Source of the DNA: an uncultured archaeon
GTDB taxonomy: Archaea; Asgardarchaeota; Heimdallarchaeia; Heimdallarchaeales; Kariarchaeaceae
Assembly: GCA_964645535.1 (NCBI GenBank)
Contig: CAZYCQ010000057.1
Location: 1 to 20,046 of the forward strand
DNA length: 20,046 bases
Reading direction: 5' to 3'
Positions within the stretch are counted from its first letter, which is position 1, and every line of letters begins with the position of its first letter. Below the pieces are notes generated by a model that had not been told where the DNA came from, did not search any database, and worked only from the letters and a program-made list of their open reading frames with translations. Below are positions 9,011 to 17,011 of this stretch, piece after piece. A program made the translations under genes and the position numbers.

Positions 9011-10408
9011 ATGACGAAAGATAGAAGATTGGGTTATGCCCAAAAGCATTCAGTGAGAAAAAGAGGAGAGAACCCATTTGTTGGCGAACTTGATCCGGAA
9101 GAGCTTTGGGGAATGCTCGAGAAAATGAGCTGGCATAAATTCGAGCACCAAGATCTATCTTTTGTGCATAGAAACATGGTTCGTTCTTTCCTCTCATCAC
9201 ATGAATTGAAGATTGACTTTCGGAAGTACATGGAACTTTTGTTCGAGTATTTTCCGGAGGAGATGGAACAAAACCAAGGGCGTTTTGATTTGGATGGTTT
9301 CAAAAGATCTTTGATCATGGAAGGATTCTTTGACGACAAGCTCCCTTCTGTTTATCCAGCACAATTTGTCAAAATCGAGGGTGAGTTGGTTCTCCGGCAT
9401 CGGGGCACTTCAAGAGAAGATGAGATGAAGTACTATTTCAGGTTACCGCATTTTTCGTCTCAACTGGATATTCAGGAATCGGTAGGCTTAGTGCATTTCA
9501 TCCAAGTATGCAATAGTTACATGCTTTTGGTCATTTCTGAAGATCCAAAAAAGATAACTCCCAGTGAATTTGTCTTGGCAAGTATCCTGACAGTGTTTGT
9601 TCTTAGAAGACATTGGGGGTTATTCTATTTGGCAAAGGATAGGGATGACGACCTAGATGCCTTGTTCATGGTGTTATTGACACCACTCTATCGACTTGCG
9701 GAATACTATCCTGAGAACTGGGTATTGCATCTTTGTCTGTTTTTCCGCCTTGCGGTTGATGCCATTGTTTTTGGGAAAGTGAATATTGACGAAGCGAGAG
9801 CATTTGTTTCATTGGTGAGGAGTTGGAAGGAACTGGATTTGGGAGAAACTGTAACTGATGCAGCTTTAAAACTTCTGGAAATTGAAGGACATCTACCTGC
9901 ACCAACTGTCCAGATTTCTCGAAGAGCTTTTGGCATTGACAATTTCAATCAGATCGTTGTTGCTGAGGAGCAATTGCCGATTCCGTATCTGTTTTTGGAT
10001 GGAGTTTATCTTGGATCGGCAGGGGGACATCATTACTACTACTGTGCAGAAACATTTGGACTACGCCATTTCTGGTCAATAATTGAGCGGATTAGCCTTT
10101 CAGATGTACAGATTTTGACAAAGGACAAGAAGACCTATGTCCAAAAACTAGGTTGGTTGCATATTCACACGATTGATTATCTCAGGGCCAATTTGAATGA
10201 CTATAGGATGCCCTTCCCGGATCCACTGCGTACTGTTGCAGTATCACTTCCGAATGGATTACAATTGGAGGAAGAAATTGCTTATGACTTTCTTTTCGAG
10301 ATCGGAACAACAAAATTCTATCTGATAGGGTTGAATACAATCTATGATTTGCTCGAGCTTTACGGAAATATCCGAAAAACACCAGGTGCAGAATTAATTT
10401 TTTACTGA
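9011..10408 (+). CDS. Hypothetical soluble protein (465 aa)
   Basis: Long ORF with ATG start, divergent from the peroxiredoxin gene. Protein-like composition but no motif recognised. Confidence 0.82.
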   Translation: MTKDRRLGYAQKHSVRKRGENPFVGELDPEELWGMLEKMSWHKFEHQDLSFVHRNMVRSFLSSHELKIDFRKYMELLFEYFPEEMEQNQGRFDLDGFKRSLIMEGFFDDKLPSVYPAQFVKIEGELVLRHRGTSREDEMKYYFRLPHFSSQLDIQESVGLVHFIQVCNSYMLLVISEDPKKITPSEFVLASILTVFVLRRHWGLFYLAKDRDDDLDALFMVLLTPLYRLAEYYPENWVLHLCLFFRLAVDAIVFGKVNIDEARAFVSLVRSWKELDLGETVTDAALKLLEIEGHLPAPTVQISRRAFGIDNFNQIVVAEEQLPIPYLFLDGVYLGSAGGHHYYYCAETFGLRHFWSIIERISLSDVQILTKDKKTYVQKLGWLHIHTIDYLRANLNDYRMPFPDPLRTVAVSLPNGLQLEEEIAYDFLFEIGTTKFYLIGLNTIYDLLELYGNIRKTPGAELIFY

Positions 10409-10477
10409 TACGGATATTGCAAGATGAAGATTCAGATTGCAATTTCCCGAAAAAAAACAGGAGTGGCAGTTTGGCTA

Positions 10478-10489
10478 GAAAGTTTAAAT
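10478..10489 (+). promoter_or_regulatory. BRE/TATA-like element (GAAAG-TTTAAAT) for the Rab-like gene
   Basis: TTTAAA at 10483-10488 lies ~26 nt upstream of in-frame GTG 10514, the same spacing seen at other genes in the window. Confidence 0.5.
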
Positions 10490-10513
10490 CTTTCAAATCC
10501 AATTATTGGGATT

Positions 10514-10987
10514 GTGGGAAAGCAACTCAAGATTTCTTATTTTGGAACCAAAACGAAAATCAACCAAAGGGCTTCTCGAGCAATTTCAGGAGAATTTTTG
10601 AGAGATGAGTTGGGAGACATCGGAGCGGATTTTCGCCAGCAAGAAATTGAGAGTGACGGCGAAAAATTGAAGGTTCAGGTCTGGGATGTTGTGGTTTCAA
10701 AGATGACAAAGTCCATCAGAAAGAGATTTTATCTTGGCACAAAAGCTGTAATTCTTCAAATGGATGGCAGGGAAATGCTTGATTCTTTGGATGAAATTAT
10801 CAGGGAAATCCGTCAAACATCCCCAAGGATGAAAATTGCAGCAGTGATTGACCGAAGTGATGATTGGGCAAGAGAAAATGAGGAAAGAATCAAACGATTG
10901 CTTTATGGCAAGGGAATTTTTGACATCCTTATCACGGATGGTGATACTGAAGAGTTCCAAAAGTTTCTCAAAAGCCTATCGAAGTAA
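10514..10987 (+). CDS. Rab-like small GTPase homologue with degenerate nucleotide-binding motifs (candidate pseudoGTPase)
   Basis: IGADF, DGEKLKVQVWD and SIRKRFYLGTKAVIL align with RabF1-F4, while G1-G5 are non-canonical. Start is probably GTG 10514 (157 aa); the ORF is open from ATG 10424. Confidence 0.82.
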   Translation: MGKQLKISYFGTKTKINQRASRAISGEFLRDELGDIGADFRQQEIESDGEKLKVQVWDVVVSKMTKSIRKRFYLGTKAVILQMDGREMLDSLDEIIREIRQTSPRMKIAAVIDRSDDWARENEERIKRLLYGKGIFDILITDGDTEEFQKFLKSLSK

Positions 10988-12013
10988 TGATTTTTTCTTT
11001 TTTCTAAGAAAAGCGATAAGGACAATAGGGAGAAACAGCAATGGTGAGGAAAGAGAAAATCGTTGAGGAGAGGTTGGTTTGAGCAATTCCAAGTTCTGTA
11101 CAATTGCGGTCTCACCTTCTTGGATAATATGGATCTTAGTCTCTCGCAAGAAATAATCCCCTGATATAATATCCATAATTATCCTGCCTGATTGGATAAA
11201 GGTTTCTTTCATGAGGCCTGTTTCCTTGTCAAAAAGTATTCCAAAGGTCGAATTGGGAGGATAGGTGCCTGCAAAGAGGGGAATTGAAGGATCAATGATT
11301 TCACTAAGGTTAAATTCAGGGATGAAAGTGTGGGAATACAGAAAACCATAAGTAAAGTTTTCTCGTGCAATGATGGCAGAATAAGAATAATTCACAAGTA
11401 GTTGATTATATTTTTCAGGAATGAGATCATCAAGATTTGGATCCAAAATTTTTAGCAAACGTGAAAGACTTAGTCTAACGGAAGTTCCATTGGTATTGAA
11501 TATATAGGTCGAAGGATCCATTTTTTCTGCAATATCGATATCCAGCTGATTGGATTGCCTATATTGATCCGCAATAACTGCTCCAAGAAGACAATCATTT
11601 TTCATTGCATCAATAGGATAGACAAAGTAATAGTAATAGCTTGAGGGAAGATCCGGACAGACATTTCCATCAAGTCCCTGAACTTTTGCAATGGCAGTAC
11701 CGTCTATGGTAGGATAAGTCATATTTGCTTCGAAATTTATGTTCAATTCAGAATCATAGAGTACAGGCATATCAAACTTGGTTTGTGATTTGATTTCAGT
11801 AGACCCGATTTCGATCACAGATAATTCCGCAGTTCCTTTTGTTGTTTCATTTTGGATGGGGAATTGAGGTTCACCATCTATCAGTGGAATTGTGGTCGCA
11901 ATTTTTTCGACTTCATAGGAGATATGGTCTCCTTGCTGTATCCCGAAATCATAGGCAGAACCGTTTGGAATAAGAAGAAGGAAAAATAATGGAATAGTTA
12001 ACCAAAAACGCAT
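10976..12013 (-). CDS. Secreted/surface protein with signal peptide and C-terminal TM plus basic-tail anchor
   Basis: Signal peptide MRFWLTIPLFFLLLIPNGSA, mature start YDFGIQQGDHISYEV, many N-x-S/T sequons, and C-terminus PLLFLPIVLIAFLRKKKK. Confidence 0.85.
   Translation of the reverse strand: MRFWLTIPLFFLLLIPNGSAYDFGIQQGDHISYEVEKIATTIPLIDGEPQFPIQNETTKGTAELSVIEIGSTEIKSQTKFDMPVLYDSELNINFEANMTYPTIDGTAIAKVQGLDGNVCPDLPSSYYYYFVYPIDAMKNDCLLGAVIADQYRQSNQLDIDIAEKMDPSTYIFNTNGTSVRLSLSRLLKILDPNLDDLIPEKYNQLLVNYSYSAIIARENFTYGFLYSHTFIPEFNLSEIIDPSIPLFAGTYPPNSTFGILFDKETGLMKETFIQSGRIIMDIISGDYFLRETKIHIIQEGETAIVQNLELLKPTSPQRFSLSSPLLFLPIVLIAFLRKKKKSLLR
10990..11003 (+). terminator. Oligo-T tract, candidate archaeal intrinsic terminator for the Rab-like gene
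   Basis: TTTTTTCTTTTTT begins just after TAA 10987. It is the reverse complement of the poly-Lys codons of the convergent gene. Confidence 0.35.
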
Positions 12014-12032
12014 AAACAGATATTGTATAGAA

Positions 12033-12048
12033 GATATAAAAATATTTT
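12033..12048 (-). promoter_or_regulatory. Archaeal BRE/TATA promoter for a leaderless transcript of 12013
   Basis: The minus strand reads CAAAATATTTTTATATC, with TTTATAT 21-27 nt upstream of the ATG and no SD. Confidence 0.6.
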
Positions 12049-12063
12049 GTACTACGTGTGACT

Positions 12064-13425
12064 TTAGGATTTCTTTAATTGAGCAACAGATTGTAAAATG
12101 GCAATGGAGGCAAAGACACCTTTCTTGAAATATTCGACATCGAGATTTTCATTCGGAGCATGATTGTTTTCATCTGGAAGTGCAAATGGAATCAAAAAAG
12201 TCGGAGCCTTGAGGATGTGTGGAAAGAGATAAATCGGCAAGGAACCCCCCAATCGTGGAACAATGAGTGGATCAACGGCAAACCCCTTTTTTAGACCGGT
12301 AGCCACCACATCCATATAGGGTGAATCAAGAGAGGATTGGACAGGCTCCATGGGGGATTCATATTCAACAAATACATTATCCAATATTCCACGTTTCTGA
12401 GCCCAGAGGCGGATATGGTTATCGATTATGTTCTTGAGACGTTCTGAGTTCATATTTGGAACCATTCTGCAATCAATTGAAGCCTTTGCTTCACCGGGAA
12501 TAATAGTTCTTCTCTGAGTATCCACACCTCCCGCAGAAAGACCATTTATGTTGAATGTTGGAAAGAATTGGTTGAGAAACTTAGCATCTTTCCCTTGGAT
12601 TGATGGGGCAGGAGTTAGTGGGGCAGATTGGAGAATGTTTTCATAAATTGGATTCAGCTGTTGAAGATATTCCAGTTCCTTTGCGGAAGGAGGAAGGACA
12701 TCATCATAGAAACCGTTGATCTTGCACATCCCGTTTCCATCGACCATTGACCTTAGAAGGTCGATCAAGTCAGCAGTTGCAGAACGGGATATTCCACCAT
12801 AATTACCAGAATGAAGGTCTTTGCCATGTCGGATTGTGATTTGAAAGCCAAAAATCCCCCTAACGGATCCAACTATTGTAGGTCTGTCAGGAACTAGTGA
12901 CGGGCCATCAGAAATCAAAATAAAGTCAGATTGCAATTTTTTTCTGTATTTTTGCAGAACAGGAGGAAGGGAAAATGAACCTCGTTCCTCATCCCCATCC
13001 AGGAGTATCTTAACCTTGATTTTCCTGAAAGTTTCCTGATCGTATTCGTTTAGATATCTAAGAGCCAAGAGGTGGGCAAAATGTTGACCTTTATTGTCTG
13101 CACTTCCTCTTCCCCAAATTTTTCCTTTTTTGTAGACTGGTTCAAAGGGGTCGGTTTCCCATTGATGAAGATTACCGGGTGGTTGGACATCATAATGTCC
13201 ATAGATCAAGACAGAAGCACCTGTACCATGGTTTTCGCCGATAATCACAGGATTTCCAGATGTTTCGACCAATTCAGACTGAATCCCAGATTTCTTCATG
13301 AGATTTTGGGCAAATTCTGCGGTAAGTCTAACCTTTTCACCTTGAGAGCTGATACTAGGCAACCTAATATAATCAAAAAGTTCACTCATCCAGTCAAGTT
13401 GTTCCAACCATTCAGAAGGATGCAT
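12064..13425 (-). CDS. M20 family metallo-dipeptidase/amidohydrolase (ArgE/DapE-like, dipeptidase-like subgroup)
   Basis: YGHYDVQP, GRGSADNKG, DGDEERGS, SDGP, DLHSGNYGG, GGSLP, HAPNEN. Confidence 0.95.
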   Translation of the reverse strand: MHPSEWLEQLDWMSELFDYIRLPSISSQGEKVRLTAEFAQNLMKKSGIQSELVETSGNPVIIGENHGTGASVLIYGHYDVQPPGNLHQWETDPFEPVYKKGKIWGRGSADNKGQHFAHLLALRYLNEYDQETFRKIKVKILLDGDEERGSFSLPPVLQKYRKKLQSDFILISDGPSLVPDRPTIVGSVRGIFGFQITIRHGKDLHSGNYGGISRSATADLIDLLRSMVDGNGMCKINGFYDDVLPPSAKELEYLQQLNPIYENILQSAPLTPAPSIQGKDAKFLNQFFPTFNINGLSAGGVDTQRRTIIPGEAKASIDCRMVPNMNSERLKNIIDNHIRLWAQKRGILDNVFVEYESPMEPVQSSLDSPYMDVVATGLKKGFAVDPLIVPRLGGSLPIYLFPHILKAPTFLIPFALPDENNHAPNENLDVEYFKKGVFASIAILQSVAQLKKS

Positions 13426-13469
13426 CAGAATTTTGGATGGAAATCTTTCCTTAAATTTTTCCCTTGAGC

Positions 13470-14537
13470 CTATTTCTTCCCATTGTTTGATAGGAATATC
13501 CGAAGTTTGGAGTGAATGTCAGCTGCAAAGGTATCCTGATGTTCACCGCTAATACTTCCATTTGATCCAATGATTGGGATATCCCATTTGGCAATGAGGT
13601 TCTTGAAAATCCCATCAAGCAATGGATGAGAGCCTGTAGAGATGGCAAATATTGAATTTTCCTTTCCGGGATACACGCCAATGGTATAATCTGCGTATCC
13701 AAGTTTTGGTGGAAGTTCATCTCTTCCAGATATTTCTTTGATTACAGCAAATATTCCTTGGAGACCTGCGGATGTCAATGAATGTTGAATTTCTTGTTCA
13801 ATGGGGTAGGAGACCGCTGCGAGACCAGAAGATCGTTGAGCGAGAATTACTTTTTCCAGAACAATATCGGGGACAATTAGCGAGGTGGGATCATAGGTGA
13901 GTGCCAACACTAAGGCCAAAGCCCCCATTGCAGAAGGGAACTGATAAAATGATGTCGGGAATGGAAGCTCCTCTCTGAAAACCAAGAGAAAAAAGCTGAT
14001 AAGATAAGAAGTGGGGTATAATATGGCGACTTTGGCCCATTTTGAGGGGTTTTTTCTTGCTCCGTTGATGAAAAGCCTCAGGTATTCCACTAAAATCCAT
14101 GCTACAGGACCATACATCAGAAGTCGAATTGCATTGTTTCGTTTGATGATCCAATTAGTTCCATCCCAATTGACTTCGGTTCCGATTATTATCCAACCCA
14201 TGCTAAATCCGGCAAGAAGAAGCAATACCAAAAATCTTTGAGGAACATTTGCCGCCTGATGAACCTGGAGATTCCAAACTGTCAGAACCATTCCTATGAG
14301 AAGAGTGATTGCCCCGAGAATTGCAGCGAAAGTGATGATTTCAGTGTATTGATTACCTTCTAGAAATGCCTGGGGAATGAATGAGACAGGAAGACCAGCT
14401 TGCAGGACAATTCCCAATGAAACAAGTTTAAGGTGTCTAGTATTCAAAGAATTAGTTTTCAGATACAGCAATAGTCCTCCGAGGATAATCATGATTGAAG
14501 AAAGGCCGGAATATATCAAGGTAGGAACATTTGTCAT
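13470..14537 (-). CDS. Seven-transmembrane protein fused to a C-terminal longin/roadblock-like domain
   Basis: Seven hydrophobic segments in aa ~6-215. The C-terminal ~130 aa has VIL..R.SGL..VSY, L.SAGLQGI...IKEISG, three beta strands and two helices, a longin-like pattern. Confidence 0.8.
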   Translation of the reverse strand: MTNVPTLIYSGLSSIMIILGGLLLYLKTNSLNTRHLKLVSLGIVLQAGLPVSFIPQAFLEGNQYTEIITFAAILGAITLLIGMVLTVWNLQVHQAANVPQRFLVLLLLAGFSMGWIIIGTEVNWDGTNWIIKRNNAIRLLMYGPVAWILVEYLRLFINGARKNPSKWAKVAILYPTSYLISFFLLVFREELPFPTSFYQFPSAMGALALVLALTYDPTSLIVPDIVLEKVILAQRSSGLAAVSYPIEQEIQHSLTSAGLQGIFAVIKEISGRDELPPKLGYADYTIGVYPGKENSIFAISTGSHPLLDGIFKNLIAKWDIPIIGSNGSISGEHQDTFAADIHSKLRIFLSNNGKK

Positions 14538-14632
14538 ATAGTTTAGTTACTATTAAACAGAATTTAAACTTAGGGGGAATTTCATTTGGAATTCTTCACT
14601 AAGTTTTAATGAATAGAAGAGGGTCGTGAACT

Positions 14633-15208
14633 ATGTACTTGTTGGGTCATACGGCTACTGGAGTCATGTTGGGCTGGTTATTCAATAAAATAAAAGGAGA
14701 AGAAAAAAAGATCAGTATGCTTCTCGGAGCCATTTCGGTGATGATACCTGATCTTATAGACAAACCAATTGGATCCCTCTTCTTTGGAACAGGACGATGG
14801 GTGGGACATTCTTTGCTATTCATCAATGGATTTGGATTATTGATTTATTTGACAAGAGATAGCTGGACAGCTTGGTTTGAAAAGGTAGGAGTGTCACTGC
14901 CATCTTTTTCACCGATGCTGATATGGTTGGGAATGTACCTCCATCTTTTAGGAGATATGCCTACGATCAGTCATGTGGTTATGTTCTGGCCATTGTTTGG
15001 ACCATTCCCTCCAGGAAACCGTGAAGATTTCCTTAGGGGAATCTTAAGCCCTACAACACAGATCGGAGAAAGCTTTGGATTCCTTTTCCATGTAATGAAT
15101 GGGATCCGACTTGGATGGGGTTCTCGAGAGTGGCTCTATTTTATCTTGTTTGTATTTGCATATGTCTTGGCCATTTTTGTTGCATGGATAGTGCTTATTG
15201 GCATCTAA
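14633..15208 (+). CDS. Membrane-bound putative metal-dependent hydrolase (YdjM-like)
   Basis: GH near the N-terminus, PDLIDKP, R..GHSLLF, HLLGD and FWP. Confidence 0.88.
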   Translation: MYLLGHTATGVMLGWLFNKIKGEEKKISMLLGAISVMIPDLIDKPIGSLFFGTGRWVGHSLLFINGFGLLIYLTRDSWTAWFEKVGVSLPSFSPMLIWLGMYLHLLGDMPTISHVVMFWPLFGPFPPGNREDFLRGILSPTTQIGESFGFLFHVMNGIRLGWGSREWLYFILFVFAYVLAIFVAWIVLIGI

Positions 15209-15209
15209 A

Positions 15210-17009
15210 TCAGTAAGTCTCGATGAATGGCAGTTTTTCACTAAATTTGATCAGGAAGGCACCCACAAGCAATGCACCAGTTGAAAAGATCGCAATTTGT
15301 CTTACTGCTTCAGCTATGTCTTGATTCAAGATTACCTTGACAGGATTGTACAGGCCGATTAAACCTGCTTCAAGAGGGTCAATCGAGGTTTGGGTCATAA
15401 ACGGGATGACAAACCACATGAGAATTGCGATGCCCAAAAGGCGGCTCCAGATTACACCTTTGGATTGGGAAAGATATATCGGGACAGCAAGCAGGAGGGT
15501 CAATAGAAGATAAAGAGGAACAAATCCGTAAATTGCGGCCAAATGATAAGCAGTTTCGGAAGAATAGCCAAAAGTTTGGTCAGACAGAAAGGTGTACAGT
15601 GCCATCTGGACATACAGGATATGGAGTTCGATTATTATTGCAAATATTCTTTGAGTGACAATGATTGATGGATGGACGGGAAGCGAACCAACAAGGTCAC
15701 CGATCTTTCTGTCCTTGTCATAGCTGACTATTTTTTTGCCCCAATAGAGAGCAAGTGGAAACATGAAAAACCAATGAATTCCAATTGCCTGAGTGACGAT
15801 CCACCAAACATAGGGGGCATTAGAAAGATCATAACCATACGTAATAAGGTTGACAAAACCACCTGAAAAGCCAATGATGAATGCTTGAGCTTCCTCATCA
15901 CCGGGATAGGCAAAGAATTGCAATGGATAGAACATCACAAGAACCCAAAACATGATCGTCAGGGTTCTTGCTTCAGAAAAGAGGAAATCTGCAGTATATG
16001 GAAGCCGTTTCTTCAGTGCCTTTGCCCAAAATACGAAAATGCCGGACGTTGCACTTTTGGATTTCTTTTCACCATTTACCTTTTTTTCTAGCTTCGAAAC
16101 TCTTGAATCAAGAGATTGGAAGTAGGTTCTGGGATTGAGAAAATTCAAGAAGGAGGTTAATGGGGAAAGAGCCTTGAAAATGATTGAGATTGGTTTTTTC
16201 AGATTGACCATTGCAATGTCTTTTTCAAATTCCTTTTTGGAATAAAGCCAGACGTCAAGCAGGACAAAAATTATTGAAGTTATGACAATGTATTGTACCT
16301 CTTTGGTAGGGAGCTTATTCTCGAAAAGAACTGAATTGAGATCATACCAATTGAGGAAGTTCATATCGTTGAGATCTTGGAGGGAGTCATTGACACGGAA
16401 CAGGATCTGAACTGAATAGAAGACAAGAATTAGCAACAACGAGAACTGTTGCATTCGACCCAAGTTTCCACCAAGTATTCCCAAAAAGATACCCAAGAGG
16501 TAACCCATTGTAAAAAAGAGTTGGTTAAAAATAAATAGGTTCATAAGAATTGAGAATTCAACATGATTTCCTTCAATCGGGAAAAACCAAGGAAGTATCA
16601 GGGCAAGATTGAAAATTGCAGAAATGATTTGGCCATTGAGAAATGAGATAGAGAGATTTAAAGTTCTTCTGACCGGCAATGGAAAGAAAGTTTCATGGGT
16701 TCCCAAATCCATATCGAGAAGTATAGTCCTGTTTCCATAAAGAGAAGCTGCAATAAATGCAACAAGACCCATAGTAGGCAGTGCAAAGCTCATCCATATC
16801 AGAACAGGGGCAGCTTCGGAATCAATCCCTCCCAATATTGCTTGGAATATCTCTTGATCCAGTAAGCCTAAAAAAGCCTGAATACCTTCTTCTCCAGGAT
16901 AAAGTGCATACATCATAAGATTGAATACCATAAAGGCAAGAATCCAGCCAAGAAGGAAAAATCGGTTCAATATCAAATCCTTAAGGATTAATTTAGTGAT
17001 TTTTCCCAT
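15210..17009 (-). CDS. ABC-2 type exporter permease with two fused halves
   Basis: Two homologous ~6-TM halves (YPGEEGIQAF vs YPGDEEAQAF; LPVRR vs LPVHP). Starts 2 nt after the ABC ATPase stop, with SD GGAGGTG. Confidence 0.88.
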   Translation of the reverse strand: MGKITKLILKDLILNRFFLLGWILAFMVFNLMMYALYPGEEGIQAFLGLLDQEIFQAILGGIDSEAAPVLIWMSFALPTMGLVAFIAASLYGNRTILLDMDLGTHETFFPLPVRRTLNLSISFLNGQIISAIFNLALILPWFFPIEGNHVEFSILMNLFIFNQLFFTMGYLLGIFLGILGGNLGRMQQFSLLLILVFYSVQILFRVNDSLQDLNDMNFLNWYDLNSVLFENKLPTKEVQYIVITSIIFVLLDVWLYSKKEFEKDIAMVNLKKPISIIFKALSPLTSFLNFLNPRTYFQSLDSRVSKLEKKVNGEKKSKSATSGIFVFWAKALKKRLPYTADFLFSEARTLTIMFWVLVMFYPLQFFAYPGDEEAQAFIIGFSGGFVNLITYGYDLSNAPYVWWIVTQAIGIHWFFMFPLALYWGKKIVSYDKDRKIGDLVGSLPVHPSIIVTQRIFAIIIELHILYVQMALYTFLSDQTFGYSSETAYHLAAIYGFVPLYLLLTLLLAVPIYLSQSKGVIWSRLLGIAILMWFVIPFMTQTSIDPLEAGLIGLYNPVKVILNQDIAEAVRQIAIFSTGALLVGAFLIKFSEKLPFIETY

Positions 17010-17011
17010 TT

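Noticed and set aside
10424-10513. 30-aa N-terminal extension of the Rab-like protein
   Set aside because: The segment contains a BRE/TATA element correctly spaced for GTG 10514, where the G-domain beta1 strand begins. The extension is not excluded but is less likely.
13470-14537. Microbial rhodopsin/schizorhodopsin or true GPCR
   Set aside because: There is no Lys in TM7 (no DxxxK) and no DRY or NPxxY motif. Only the 7TM count is shared.
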